A stretch of DNA of 64,000 bases from Spirochaetia bacterium (GTDB taxonomy: Bacteria; Spirochaetota; Spirochaetia; SZUA-6; Bin103). Within the stretch, counting starts at the first letter, position 1. The number at the start of each line of letters is the position of its first letter. Below the pieces are notes generated by a model, which saw nothing but the letters and a program-made list of their open reading frames with translations, was not told the DNA's origin and did not search any database. The position numbers were made by a program, and so were the translations under genes. Where the stretch lies: positions 832,001 through 896,000 of the forward strand of contig CBDBOV010000004.1 in the NCBI GenBank assembly GCA_965208575.1, in the 5' to 3' direction. Shown piece after piece: positions 38,251-51,095 of this stretch.

Positions 38251-38279
38251 TTGAAAATTCTAGACATTCGGTGGACAAT
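38251..38279 (+). promoter_or_regulatory. Putative promoter of CBS-korAB-CBS operon
   Basis: TTGAAA-17 nt-GACAAT. Confidence 0.5.
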
Positions 38280-38300
38280 ATGAGCAGGGGTCAGCCGAAC

Positions 38301-38767
38301 ATGCCGATCTACCGCGAACTCGCCCAACAGCCGTTGCGCTCGATAGCGCTGGAACCGCCGCTGTCGGTGACCGCCGACACCAGCCTGCAGGCGGTAGTGG
38401 ACACCATGTGCAGTTCCGATACTGATTATGTGCTAGTAACGAAAGAGGAAGCGTTGGCCGGCATCTTTACCGAGCACGACCTGCTGACCAGAGCGACGGA
38501 CCCGGACGGGCTTCCGGACGCGCCGGTGGCCGACTTCATGTCCACCGATCCGACCGTACTCGATGCCTCCCGGCCGATCAGCGACGCGCTCGACGCGATG
38601 GCGAAGGGGCACTACCGCCACGTGCCGATCTCCGACGGGGAGCGCGGCTGCGTCGGCGTGCTGACCAGTTACAACGTGCTGCACTTCCTGGCCGAGCTGC
38701 TGCCGGGCAGCATCCTCAACCTGCCGCCCCGGCCGCACCAGACCACCCGCGCACCGGACGGAGCGTG

Positions 38768-38768
<1 letters not shown>
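38301..38768 (+). CDS. CBS-pair domain protein
   Basis: GIFTEHDLL, FMSTDP and YRHVP motifs. Confidence 0.88.
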
Positions 38769-40610
<1,842 letters not shown>

Positions 40611-40621
<11 letters not shown>

Positions 40622-41624
40622 TACCGTAGACGCGCCTCTGACGCGCAAGGACTTCGTTTCCGACCAGGACGTGCGCTGGTGTCCGGGATGCGGTGACTAC
40701 GCGATCCTGGCGACGATGCAGCGGGTGCTGCCCACGCTCGGCGTGCCGCGCGAGAACATCGTGTTCATCAGCGGCATTGGCTGCTCGAGCCGCTTCCCCT
40801 ACTACGTCGACACCTACGGCTTCCACTCCATTCACGGACGCGCCATGACCATGGCATCCGGGCTGAAGATCACCCGCCCCGAGCTGCTGGTGTTCGTGAT
40901 CACCGGCGACGGCGACGGTCTGTCGATCGGCGGCAACCACCTGATCCACGCCCTGCGCCGCAACATGGACCTGAACATCATCCTGTTCAACAACCGCATC
41001 TACGGGCTCACCAAGGGCCAGTACTCGCCCACCAGCGAGGTGGGCAAGCGTACCGTCAGCTCGCCGTCCGGCTCCCTGGAGGTGCCGGTGAGTCCGGCGC
41101 GCATCGCCCTGGCCGCGGAGGCGAGCTTCGTGGCGCGCACCGTGGCAACCGACACCAGGCACCTGTCCACCACCCTGGAGCGCGCCGCCCACCACCGCGG
41201 CGGCTGCTTCGTGGAGGTGTACCAGAACTGCAACGTGTACAACGACGGCGCCTTCGACTACTTCGCCGAGCGCAGCATACGCGCCGAGCAGACCATCAAC
41301 CTGGAACACGGCAAGCCGCTCGCGTTCGGCAGAAACGGTGAGAAGGCGATCAAGCTCGACAAGCTGGAGCCGGTGATCTGCGACGCCGACGATCCTGACG
41401 CGCTGGTGCACGACGAGCGTGCCCCGAGCAACGTTTGGCCTTATCTTCTGGCGCACATGAGCCCATCCTTCGGCCTGCCGCTGCCGCTGGGCATACTGCG
41501 GGCCGTGGACAAACCGACCTACGAAGACGGCATGAGCGAACAGATAGACGCGGCCCGCGAACGCCTGGGCGCGGGCGACGTAGCGGCGCTGTTGCGCGCC
41601 GGCGATACCTGGACCGTTGACTAA
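40611..41624 (+). CDS. korB: 2-oxoacid:ferredoxin oxidoreductase beta subunit
   Basis: RWCPGCGD, SGIGCS and GDGD...NN.IYGLTKGQ TPP motifs. Confidence 0.95.
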
Positions 41625-42177
41625 CGCCCCGATGCCCGCCCCGGTCGCGGCGGTGGTGTGCCCGGAGTGCGGTTTCGAGAACGCACCCGAGACGGCGGTG
41701 TGCGAAGCGTGCGAGACCAACGTGTTCCGTCCGGAACGCGGCAACGGCGGCTCGCAGTTCATCGAGCAACTCGTCTCCGACCCGGCGGCGGTGCTCGCCT
41801 CGCTGCCGCCGCAGTTCCTGGCCGCCGGTTCGACGGTCACGGAGGCGGTCGCCTCGATGAGCGCGTCGGGCGCCGGCTACGTGCTGGTGGCCGACGCCGC
41901 GCGCATACTCGGCATCTTCACCGAGCGTGACCTGCTGCGACGCGTGATCGCGGCCGGGCGCGCGCCGGCAGACACGTCGATCGAGTCGGTCATGACCCCG
42001 GACCCCGTGGTGCTGCGCCGGGACGACAGCCTGGCCACCGCCGTCAACAAGATGGTGATGGGCTCCTTCCGCCACATTCCACTGGTGGATGGCGCCGGCC
42101 TGGTGCGCGGCGTGACCTCGTCGCACGACCTGCTGCGGCACCTGCACACGCTCATGCACGAGACCGACGGCGGCTGA
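41617..42177 (+). CDS. Zinc-ribbon + CBS-pair protein
   Basis: CPECG...CEAC followed by GIFTERDLL, VMTPDP and FRHIP. Confidence 0.85.
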   Translation: MTNAPMPAPVAAVVCPECGFENAPETAVCEACETNVFRPERGNGGSQFIEQLVSDPAAVLASLPPQFLAAGSTVTEAVASMSASGAGYVLVADAARILGIFTERDLLRRVIAAGRAPADTSIESVMTPDPVVLRRDDSLATAVNKMVMGSFRHIPLVDGAGLVRGVTSSHDLLRHLHTLMHETDGG

Positions 42178-42209
42178 CTTGACCTATTACTGAATCGGAG
42201 GCTGCACCG

Positions 42210-44123
42210 ATGGCGCGTCCCAACGTAATCGTGGTCCTTACCGACGACCAGGGCTACGGCGACCTCTCCTACACCGGCAACCCGGTGCTGCGCACGCCGG
42301 CGCTCGACCGGCTGCAGGCGGAGAGCGTGCGCTTCACCGACTTTCACGTGTGCCCGGTGTGCACGCCGACGCGCGGCGAGCTGATGACCGGGTGCGACTC
42401 GCTGCGCAACGGCGCCACTTTCGTGTCGATGGGCCGCGCCCTGCTGCGCACCGACCTGCCCACCGCGGCGGACATCTTCGCCGCCAACGGCTACCGCACC
42501 GGCCTGTTCGGCAAGTGGCACCTGGGCGACAACTACCCCTACCGGCCGCAGGACCGCGGCTTCCAGGAGGCGGTCTGGCACCCGAGCTGGGGCATCACCT
42601 CGGCCGCCGACGTGTACGGCAACGACTACTTCGACGACACCTACCGGCACCGCGACCGGATGGAGGAGTTCCGCGGTTACTGCACCGACGTGTGGTTCGA
42701 GCAGGCCACCGCCTGGATCCGGCACTGCGCGCGCGGCGGCGACCCGTTCTTTGCCTACGTCGGCACCAACGCCCCGCACGGGCCGCTGTGGGTGCCGGAC
42801 CACTACCGCGACCCCTACCGCGGCGCGGTGGCCGACGGCCGGGTGACCGCCGACCACGCGAGCTTCTTCGCCATGATTGCCTGCATCGACGAGAACCTGG
42901 CGCGGCTGGACTGGTTCCTGCATCAGAACGGGTTGTACGACGACACCATCTTCGTGTTCATGACCGACAACGGCACCGCGAGCGGCGAGGCGGTGTACAA
43001 CGCCGGCATGCGCGGCCGGAAGTCGTCCATCTACGACGGCGGCCACCGGGTGCCGTGCCTGCTGCGCTGGCCGGGCGGCGGCATCGGCGGACTGCGCCCC
43101 GGTGATGCGGCGCCGGCGCGCGAGGCTGCCACCGGCGCTAGCGATCTCGCGGCTCGCGCGGGGGCGGCCGCCGGCGCGAGCGGCCTGATGGCCGCGTCCG
43201 GCACGACGGCGGGCGGCTCCGCGGCACCGACCGGCGCAGGCGCCACCGGCGGCACCGCGAGCTGGGCCGCAGGCGGAACGCCGCCCGCCGGGCGCGACGT
43301 GACCGACGTGACGCGCGCCACCGACCTGCTGCCGACGCTGGTCGACCTGTGCGGCTTGCGGGTCGACGACGGGGTGGCGTTCGACGGCGTGTCGCTGGCC
43401 GGCGTGGCGCGCGGCACCGCGGCGCTGCCCGACCGCATGACGGTGGTGCAGTACGGCCACCCGAACGAGGCCCCGGAGTTCGGCAGAACCGGCAAGCACG
43501 TCGCATCCGTGCTGTGGGGACGCTGGCGCCTGGTAAACGGCGGCGAGCTGTACGACATCGCCGCCGACCCGGGGCAGGAGCGCGACGTGGCGGCGGCCCA
43601 TCCCGGCGTGGCGGCGCGCATGCGCGATCACTACGAGGCGTGGTGGGCCGGCGTCGGCGGCAACCTGGACCGCTACCAGCCGCTCACCATCGGCGCCGCC
43701 GAGGAGAACCCGATGCGGCTGTGCAGCGCCGACTGGGCGTGGGCATTCGCCGACAACCAGAGCAACATCCGCGGTCCGGCGATGGACAGCGGCACCTGGC
43801 ACGTGCAGGCGGCGCGCGCCGGCACCTATGCGCTGACGCTGCGCCGCTGGCCCGAGGAGTCGGGCCTCGCCATCGCCGCCGAGGCGCCGCCGCTGGTGGG
43901 CGTGGACGGCGGCTGGCCGGCCGGCAAGGCGATCCCGGCCGCATCCGCGTGGCTGCGCGCCGGCGGCTCCGAGGCCGCCGTGCCGGTGCCGGAAGGCGCG
44001 ACCGAGGTGACCTTCCGCGTGCCGCTCGACGCCGGCGCGGCGCAGATCCGCTCCTGGTGGCTCGACGCGGCCGGCAACGAACTCGCCGGGGCATACTACC
44101 TCACCGCCGAACGGCTCACCTGA
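42210..44123 (+). CDS. Arylsulfatase (Cys-type FGly motif)
   Basis: TDDQGYGD, CTPTRGELMTG, GKWHLG, TDNG and GGHRVP motifs. Confidence 0.93.
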   Translation: MARPNVIVVLTDDQGYGDLSYTGNPVLRTPALDRLQAESVRFTDFHVCPVCTPTRGELMTGCDSLRNGATFVSMGRALLRTDLPTAADIFAANGYRTGLFGKWHLGDNYPYRPQDRGFQEAVWHPSWGITSAADVYGNDYFDDTYRHRDRMEEFRGYCTDVWFEQATAWIRHCARGGDPFFAYVGTNAPHGPLWVPDHYRDPYRGAVADGRVTADHASFFAMIACIDENLARLDWFLHQNGLYDDTIFVFMTDNGTASGEAVYNAGMRGRKSSIYDGGHRVPCLLRWPGGGIGGLRPGDAAPAREAATGASDLAARAGAAAGASGLMAASGTTAGGSAAPTGAGATGGTASWAAGGTPPAGRDVTDVTRATDLLPTLVDLCGLRVDDGVAFDGVSLAGVARGTAALPDRMTVVQYGHPNEAPEFGRTGKHVASVLWGRWRLVNGGELYDIAADPGQERDVAAAHPGVAARMRDHYEAWWAGVGGNLDRYQPLTIGAAEENPMRLCSADWAWAFADNQSNIRGPAMDSGTWHVQAARAGTYALTLRRWPEESGLAIAAEAPPLVGVDGGWPAGKAIPAASAWLRAGGSEAAVPVPEGATEVTFRVPLDAGAAQIRSWWLDAAGNELAGAYYLTAERLT

Positions 44124-44155
44124 ACGTCGACCTGCCGTGCCGCAGGCAGACCTCA

Positions 44156-45031
44156 ATGGATACCCGCAACACCAACGAGCACAGTGAGATAGCAGGCGCG
44201 CGCCGGGCCGGCGCGGATTGGCGTGCGCTGACCGTCGGCGACCGGATCCGCTGCCTGGAGCTGGAGGGCTACCTGGTCCTGCCCGACCTCCTGGCACCGG
44301 AGCAGATCGCCGCCATCGGCGCGGAGCTGGCGGCGCTGCCCCTCACCGCCACCGACTACTCGCCGCACAAGCAGACGGCGGACGACCTGCTCGGGCGCGA
44401 CATGCCGCACACCATGGCGGCCATCGCGCTGCCGCGCACGGTCGCGTTCCTCGAGCGCCTGTTCGGAGACGACGTGCTGTGCACCTCCGTCAGCTACCAG
44501 CTGTGCGAACCCGGCCATCCCGGCATCGCCATCCATACCGATGCCCTGCCCTACGGCTCGCGTTCCTCCGGCAGCCTCAGCTCGCCGGTGCTGATGCGCG
44601 TGCTCTACTACCTCGACGACCTCACCCCGGAGTGCTCGCCGTTCAAGGTGGTGCCGCGCTCGCACCTCTCGGTGCATGCCGACGCCAACCCGTACAACCG
44701 CTTCCTGCGCCACGACGAGGAGGTGATGGTCACCTGCGCGGCGGGCTCCGCGGTGGTGATCAACCAGAAGGTGTTCCACGGCAACTACCCCAACTTTGCC
44801 ACCCGCGACCGGCGCATGCTGGCCATCTCCTACCGCCCGGCCTGGGCCGGCCCGGTGACGCAGGTGGCGCCGTGGAACCCCCAACAGCTCGCCGCGCTGC
44901 CGCCGGCGGCGCGCCGCATGTTCCAGGATCCCAACACGCGGCGCATCGACCTCGACGTGCAGAACCGGCCCCGCGGCCTGGACCGCAGCGACGCCGGCAT
45001 CGCTCCTTCCCGCTGGAACGCGGACACCTAG
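44156..45031 (+). CDS. Phytanoyl-CoA dioxygenase (PhyH) family Fe(II)/2OG enzyme
   Basis: EGYLVLPDLL, HTD, YLDD, VPRSH and FHG...R motifs. Confidence 0.85.
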   Translation: MDTRNTNEHSEIAGARRAGADWRALTVGDRIRCLELEGYLVLPDLLAPEQIAAIGAELAALPLTATDYSPHKQTADDLLGRDMPHTMAAIALPRTVAFLERLFGDDVLCTSVSYQLCEPGHPGIAIHTDALPYGSRSSGSLSSPVLMRVLYYLDDLTPECSPFKVVPRSHLSVHADANPYNRFLRHDEEVMVTCAAGSAVVINQKVFHGNYPNFATRDRRMLAISYRPAWAGPVTQVAPWNPQQLAALPPAARRMFQDPNTRRIDLDVQNRPRGLDRSDAGIAPSRWNADT

Positions 45032-45268
45032 GCGCCTGTCGGACTCGGGCAAGCGCCTGGGCAGGCCGGTGGGCCGGAAGCGCCGCCGCTGGCGGCGAAT
45101 GCGGGGCAACAGCGCTGCTGCGCTCGGTGAATTCTGCGACAACCGAGGGAGACCAGTGCAACCGCGACGACGAAACCACGACGACATTGACAGCTTCACG
45201 CAGCGGGTGCACAGTACCGAGCCATGCTGGCGGGATGTCCGCCCGCCTACACAAACGGAGGTTTTATC

Positions 45269-47248
45269 ATGACCGCACGCGTGCCGCTCCTGATCGCGGG
45301 AGTGCTCGTTCTCGCTGCCGGCTCCCTGTTTGCCGGCGCTGAAACGGAGGAAGGTTCATCGTCGCCGGCCGCCGCCGCCCCGGCGGGCAAGTACCAGGAG
45401 GCGCCGATGCTGGCCGCGCTGGTGGCCGCCGGCGAGTTGCCGCCGGTCGACGAGCGGCTGCCGGAGATTCCCTCGGTGGCGGACCTGGTGCCGGAGGTCG
45501 GCCGCTACGGCGGCACGTTGAACGTGTTTTCGGTCGATGAGCGGCCGTGGAACGACCTGACGGCGGAGTCGGTGGACAACGGCAGCAGCAACCTCCTGCA
45601 ATTCACCCCCGACGGCAGAATCATTCCCGATCTCGCCCTGTCCTACGAACTCGCGGACGATGCCAAGAGCATGACGCTGGCCCTGCGCAAGGGCACCAGG
45701 TGGTCGGACGGCGAGCCGTTCACGGCGGACGACATCTTGTTCGTGTTCGAAGACATGCACTGGCACCCCGACGTGGAGACCTGGGCGATCCTGTCCGGGG
45801 TGTCGCGCGTCATCAAGATCGACGACTATAACGTGCGCTACGAGATGGATGAACCCTACCCGGTGCTGGAGGTGCAGCTCGGCGCCTGGCCGGGCAGCCA
45901 ATGGGCCAGCTTTCACCCCAAGCACTACCTGAAGAAGTGGCACATCAATCACAACCCGGACGCCGACAAGGTGGCCAAGGAGGAGGGCTTCGAGGACTGG
46001 ACGCGCGCATTCCACTATCACTTCTGGTGGCGCCCCAAGAAAGACATCGAACAGCCCACCATGATGCCGTGGCGGTTCACCAGCTTCACGACCACCGTGC
46101 GCACCTACGAGCGCAATCCCTACTATTTTCAGGTCGACGCCGAAGGCAACCAGCTTCCCTACATCGACACGATCGTCTCCACGCTCGTCGATCGCGAAAC
46201 CTACCAGCTCAAGGTGATCTCCGGGGAGGCGGACATCGCCTTCAGGAGAACGAGCGTGGACAACTGGTCGCTCTACAAGCAGAACGAAAGTGCCGGCGGC
46301 TACGTCGTGCACGGCGCACCGGGCGTCCTGTCCGCGGACGTCGGCCTGGCGCTGAACCAGAACCACGAAGATCCGGACTTGCGGGCGCTGTTCCAGGACA
46401 TCCGATTCCGGCGCGCGCTGAGTGTGGCGATCGACCGCAACGATCTCAACAAGTCCGTCTACCTGGGCCTCGGTACGCCGCTGCAGGCCACCATGCTGCC
46501 GTCGACCACCTTCTACAAGGAGGAGTGGGGGCAGGCGCACGCCGAGTACGATCCGGACGAAGCCAATCGGCTGCTCGACGAGGTGGGTCTGAGCGAACGT
46601 GACCGCGACGGATTTCGGATCGGCCCGGATGGCGACGCCTTGCTGATCACCGTCGAGTGGTCTGCCACGCTGTCCGTTCCCCCGGCGGCGTTCGAGCTGA
46701 TCAAGGAGTACTGGGAAGACGTTGGCGTCAAGGTGGGGCTGCGCCCAATGGAGAACGCGCTGTTCTCGGAACGGGGCACGGGCACCGATCACGCGTTCCG
46801 CGCCCGCAAGATGGAGACCGTGGAAGAGGTGGCGTTCTACCTGGAGCCGAACCGCGCCGAAGTCGGCGGACTGGGCTTTTCGTGGGCGCCGACGTGGGAG
46901 CTGTGGCTGCATGCCAAGGCCGATGTCGACTCCGGCAAGAAGACACTGGCCGACTTCGCCGACGGCAAGCTGCCCGGCGAGGAACCGCCGCAGGAGATGA
47001 AGGATCTGCAACGCTGGGTCGACGAAGTGAGCACCACCCGGTTCGGCTCACCCGAGTTCGTGGCGCTCGCGCAGCAGATCTGGGACCTGCACGCCAAGAA
47101 CTTGTACATCATCGGCACCGTCGGTCTGCAGCCGGTTCCGGTCGTGGCCAAGGAGAACCTCGGCAACGTGCGCACCAGCTTCCCGATGGCCGCCGACTAC
47201 TCCGGCAACCTGGGCGCCGACGCCCAGCACCTGTTCTGGCGCGAGTAG
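45269..47248 (+). CDS. ABC transporter substrate-binding protein, family 5 (no permease adjacent)
   Basis: LFAG signal; EAPMLA...LPPVDERLP, WSDGEPFTADD, RNPYY..VD.EGNQLPYID and FRRALS motifs. Confidence 0.92.
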   Translation: MTARVPLLIAGVLVLAAGSLFAGAETEEGSSSPAAAAPAGKYQEAPMLAALVAAGELPPVDERLPEIPSVADLVPEVGRYGGTLNVFSVDERPWNDLTAESVDNGSSNLLQFTPDGRIIPDLALSYELADDAKSMTLALRKGTRWSDGEPFTADDILFVFEDMHWHPDVETWAILSGVSRVIKIDDYNVRYEMDEPYPVLEVQLGAWPGSQWASFHPKHYLKKWHINHNPDADKVAKEEGFEDWTRAFHYHFWWRPKKDIEQPTMMPWRFTSFTTTVRTYERNPYYFQVDAEGNQLPYIDTIVSTLVDRETYQLKVISGEADIAFRRTSVDNWSLYKQNESAGGYVVHGAPGVLSADVGLALNQNHEDPDLRALFQDIRFRRALSVAIDRNDLNKSVYLGLGTPLQATMLPSTTFYKEEWGQAHAEYDPDEANRLLDEVGLSERDRDGFRIGPDGDALLITVEWSATLSVPPAAFELIKEYWEDVGVKVGLRPMENALFSERGTGTDHAFRARKMETVEEVAFYLEPNRAEVGGLGFSWAPTWELWLHAKADVDSGKKTLADFADGKLPGEEPPQEMKDLQRWVDEVSTTRFGSPEFVALAQQIWDLHAKNLYIIGTVGLQPVPVVAKENLGNVRTSFPMAADYSGNLGADAQHLFWRE

Positions 47249-47260
47249 CAGCACGACCAT

Positions 47261-47294
47261 CTGAGGCGGCCCTTTGTATGTAGGGCCGCCTCAG
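47261..47294. terminator. 13-bp hairpin after SBP gene
   Basis: CTGAGGCGGCCCT-ttgtatgt-AGGGCCGCCTCAG; no clear U-tract. Confidence 0.55.
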
Positions 47295-47543
47295 GCTGCG
47301 TACGCAGGGAACCTCGGATGATCCACATCGCGGAGAGGCCCTGCGACCCGTGTCTCTATCCTCAATTTGGTGCCCGTCATTGCTACCCTTCCTTGAGGGC
47401 GGCAGTTGCGCACCCCACGGCGCACAGACCAAATGATCTGCCTCGACGCTTGACTGCCCTCTAAACCGAAGTTCCAGAGCGGGAATCTTGTTAATTCGTT
47501 ATTGATCTGAAAATTGCGCTCAACAGCCGATGTCCGTTACTGG

Positions 47544-48729
47544 CTACACTTGGGCGCTGACCTCCAGGAGATCGAAACAGCGCTGCTGCAGCGCGGTCGG
47601 TTCGCTGTGCATGGTGAACGTGGCGCCGCTATCCACTATCCGCACGCGGTTGGCCGTCAGCGTCCCCAACTCGCTCATCAGGCTGCGAAAGCTGTGCACC
47701 GGCAGACCGTCGTCGGTACGCTTGCTCGCCGCCTTCCGGTGTGCGGCCGGTGAGCGTTCCGCCGGTTGCACCACCGACTCGCGCAGCGCCTCGCCGGCGG
47801 CGCGGTCGTGGTCGTCGAACAGCACCGGCGCCAGCTTGCTGCGCATGTGCCACTCCACGTAGTAGGCCAGCATGCACAGGAACACGTGCGCCCGCACCCG
47901 GTCAGCACTGCGGTGATAGATCGGTCGCACCTTCAGATCCACCGTTTTCATGCTGCGGAAGGCGCGCTCCACCTTGGCCAGATCCTTGTACGCCGTCACC
48001 GTCTGCTCGGCGTCGAACAGCTCCGGCTCCACGTTGGAGCGCACGATGTAGAGCCCGTCCAGTTCTTCCTCGGCCGCGATCTTGTCCAGGTCACGCACGA
48101 ACGAGAACGAGTCGTCGGTGATGGTGGTGGTGAAATGCTTGCCCACCTTGTAGTGGTTGATCACCTTGCCCACCCGCAGGCCGATCGCGGCGGCGCCGCG
48201 CAGCGGCTTTTTGGCGCGCTGCGTGGCCGTCACGATCGGCGTCAGTTCCTCCTCCGTGGAGGCCAGCAACTTCTGCCTCTTGCGCTGCCGTTGCTCGGCC
48301 AGGATCGGGTTGCGGCACACGATCAGCCGCTCGCCGGGGAACTCGGGTGAGCTGATCTCCGCCAGGTCACGCTCGTCGAACATGGTCTGCGCCACTTCGC
48401 CGGCCTCGATCAGCTTGCGGATGGTGGGCGCCCGCAGGGTCGTGATCCAGCGCAGGCCGTCGATCCCCTGCAGGTCCTCGCGGATGCGCGCGCCGGTGAG
48501 CATGCCGCGGTCGCCGACCAGCACGACGCGCTGCAAGCCGAAACGGTTGCGAATCTTGTCGACCTGAGCGGCGACCGTCTTGGGGTCACTGGTGGAGCCC
48601 TCGAATACCTCGACGGCGATGGGACAGCCGTCTGCGGTACACAGCAGGCCGAACACGATCTGCAAGGTGCCGCGTTTGCCGTCGCGGCTGTGACCACGGC
48701 GCGCCAACGGGCAGGTGTGGCCATGGAAG
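47544..48729 (-). pseudogene. IS1634 transposase, C-terminal part
   Basis: HGHTCPLARRGHSRDGK, VFEG, VGDRGM, YKDLAKVERAFR and RVRAHVFLCML motifs. Confidence 0.9.
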
Positions 48730-48885
48730 TGTCGGCTCTCAGATTGATCTGAGCGGAATGGGGGCGGACGTCTCACGATCGACTGGAGTGGAGGACGGGA
48801 GAGTCGAGGTAAACTGACCAGAAAAACAGGGTAGCTGCCCCAGGTGATGAGAACCGGACAGCTACCCTGAACTAAGGACAGCCGA

Positions 48886-49497
48886 TTGGTACTCCATCTG
48901 GCGGTTGATTTCAAGAGACTTCAGGAACAGGGCAAGGAGTATCGGTGGCCGCGGCCGGAGCGCTGCCTGGAGTGCGGTCGGAGGCGGCCGTGGGGCCATG
49001 GCTATGTCGGACGGTGCTTCGATGGCTGCGGCGAGCCGCTGTGGATGAAGCGCTACCGGTGTCCGGACTGCGGGACCGTGTACACGCTGCGACCGGACAG
49101 CCACTACCGCGGGTTCTGGGCGCCGTGGCGAGTGATTCTGGTAGCCCTGCTGGGCAAGCTGAAGGGTGGTCGCTGGATCGCGCGGGTGAGCCGACAGCGG
49201 CAGCAGTACTGGCGCCAGGGGTTGCGCCGGCAGTTGTTGCTGGAGGGGGTGACCGCGGTGAGCCGGCCGGGCCAGGTTGCGGCCAGTGCGCTGAAGGCGC
49301 TGGTGGTGCGGTTGATCATCGTCAGTACGCATTCGGTGAGCTACCGCCAGATACGGCGAGTGGATGCCGCCCCCGAGTTGGTGCTGGCGGTGCCGGTGGT
49401 GGGCTTTGCGGGACACCTTGATGGCGTCGGGAGCACAGCAGACAGCGCCCTGAAGGAGCCAGGGAATGAGCCGACACCCAGTCACGGGGCACGATGA
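48886..49497 (+). CDS. Zinc-finger transposon accessory protein (DUF6431-like)
   Basis: WPRPERCLECG...WGHGY...RYRCPDCG.V.T. Confidence 0.7.
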   Translation: MVLHLAVDFKRLQEQGKEYRWPRPERCLECGRRRPWGHGYVGRCFDGCGEPLWMKRYRCPDCGTVYTLRPDSHYRGFWAPWRVILVALLGKLKGGRWIARVSRQRQQYWRQGLRRQLLLEGVTAVSRPGQVAASALKALVVRLIIVSTHSVSYRQIRRVDAAPELVLAVPVVGFAGHLDGVGSTADSALKEPGNEPTPSHGAR

Positions 49498-49778
49498 GCA
49501 CGGTGCTGGTCGCGGGGTGCCGGCTCAGACCGGGCAAGTGGCTGGTGAGCAGTGCAGGAGGACGCCGCCGCGGTGCTGGCGAGCGCCTTTGGCGCTTGGG
49601 TGGCTGTCCGGGCGACGCTGCGGGCAGGGCGCTGGTGGCGCGGCTGATCATGATCGGAGCGGAGAAAATAACGCGAACTGGCGCCTGGGTGACCCCAAGC
49701 CTACCGGATCTTTGCGGTGATCGGCGAACCAATGGGGAGCAAATTGATGCCACCAACACCCCAGGAGGTTCCTCGATC

Positions 49779-51095
49779 ATGGAGGAAGAGAAGAAAAAGC
49801 GGATCGCGTTGTTCCGGTTCGGTGTGATCGCCGGCCTGATCGGGTATGCGAAGCTCGACCAGGGCAAGCGCGAGGCGCGCATCAAGGACCTGGCGGAGCA
49901 GGAATGGAAGATCCCATTCTCGCTGCGCAGTTCGATCAGCCGGTCGACGATCCGCGACTGGCTGCGGCGTTACGAGCACAGCGGCAAGAAACTGGAGAGC
50001 CTGTTCCCGAAGGACCGCGCGGACGCCGGCGTGGGGCGCAGCATCGATCCCGAGACCGAGTTGGCACTGGTCAATCTCCGGCGTGAACTGGCACAGGCGT
50101 CGTTGTCAGTGGTGCTGCAGGTGGCGCGCCGCCGCAATCTCCTGCCGCCCGACTTCGCAGCCTCACGGCAAAGCATCTACCGATTGTTCCGGCGCCATGG
50201 TCTGCACCGGCAGCGGCCCGCGACGCAGGACCGGCGGCGCTTCGAAGCGGAACTGCCGAACGACTTGTGGCAAGCGGATTGCATGCACGGCCCGCGCGTG
50301 AAAAGCGACGGCAAGCTGCGCAAGACGTTTCTGTTCGCCTGCATCGATGATCACTCGCGGCTCATCACCGGCGCCCGCTTCTATCTGCGTGAAAACATCG
50401 ACTGTTTCCAGGACTGCCTGCTGCGGGCGCTCGAAACGCGCGGTCTGCCACGCAAACTGTATGTCGATAACGGCCCCAGCTTTCGCTCCCAACGACTCAG
50501 TTACGCCTGTGCATCGCTGGGCATAGCGCTCCTCTTCGCGACCCCATACACGCCCCAGGGAAAGGGTAAAATCGAGCGCTATTTCCGCACCATACGCACC
50601 CAGATGCTGCCTCTGGTCAGCGATCACGATACCCTCGAGCAGCTCAACGCCCAGCTTGCCGAGTGGCTCGACCACAGCTACCATCAGCGGCTTCACTCCA
50701 GCACCGGGGAGCAGCCCCTGCAGCGCTATCTGCGCCACCTGGAACTGCTGCGGCCTGCGCCCCAGAATGTGCGTGACCACTTCCGCACCATGGTGCGCCG
50801 CAAGGTCGACAAGGATCGTGCCGTCGCCCTCTACGGCAAGCTCTACGAAGCGCCGGTGGGGCTCATCGGGAACACCGTCAACCTGCTCTATCATGAGGCT
50901 GATCCGTCCCGCATCGAGGTGTTCTTCGAAGATCGCTCTTACGGCTTCCTCAGTGAGTTGAACCCCCACGTCAACAGCCGCGTGCGCCGCATCAGCGGCC
51001 ATGAGACCGAGCTCGAGCCGGCGCCGGAGCCGCCCGCTGATGACCCCCAGCCCGGCCCCCGCGGCGGCCAGCTGTTCGAGGAGTCCGACCGATGA
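49779..51095 (+). CDS. DDE (rve) integrase/transposase, Mu/TnsB-like
   Basis: IALFRFGVI, WQADCMHG, IDDHSR, YVDNG and GKGKIERYF motifs; AGGAGG RBS. Confidence 0.92.
   Translation: MEEEKKKRIALFRFGVIAGLIGYAKLDQGKREARIKDLAEQEWKIPFSLRSSISRSTIRDWLRRYEHSGKKLESLFPKDRADAGVGRSIDPETELALVNLRRELAQASLSVVLQVARRRNLLPPDFAASRQSIYRLFRRHGLHRQRPATQDRRRFEAELPNDLWQADCMHGPRVKSDGKLRKTFLFACIDDHSRLITGARFYLRENIDCFQDCLLRALETRGLPRKLYVDNGPSFRSQRLSYACASLGIALLFATPYTPQGKGKIERYFRTIRTQMLPLVSDHDTLEQLNAQLAEWLDHSYHQRLHSSTGEQPLQRYLRHLELLRPAPQNVRDHFRTMVRRKVDKDRAVALYGKLYEAPVGLIGNTVNLLYHEADPSRIEVFFEDRSYGFLSELNPHVNSRVRRISGHETELEPAPEPPADDPQPGPRGGQLFEESDR

Noticed and set aside
41877-44297. 806-aa minus-strand ORF and similar long shadows (11200..13029, 14316..16343, 18501..20339)
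   Set aside because: Opposite to well-supported genes; typical stop-poor high-GC antisense frames.
45029-45046. CTAGGCGCCTGTCGGACT resembling an IS/MITE end
   Set aside because: Single copy with no partner inverted repeat in the window.
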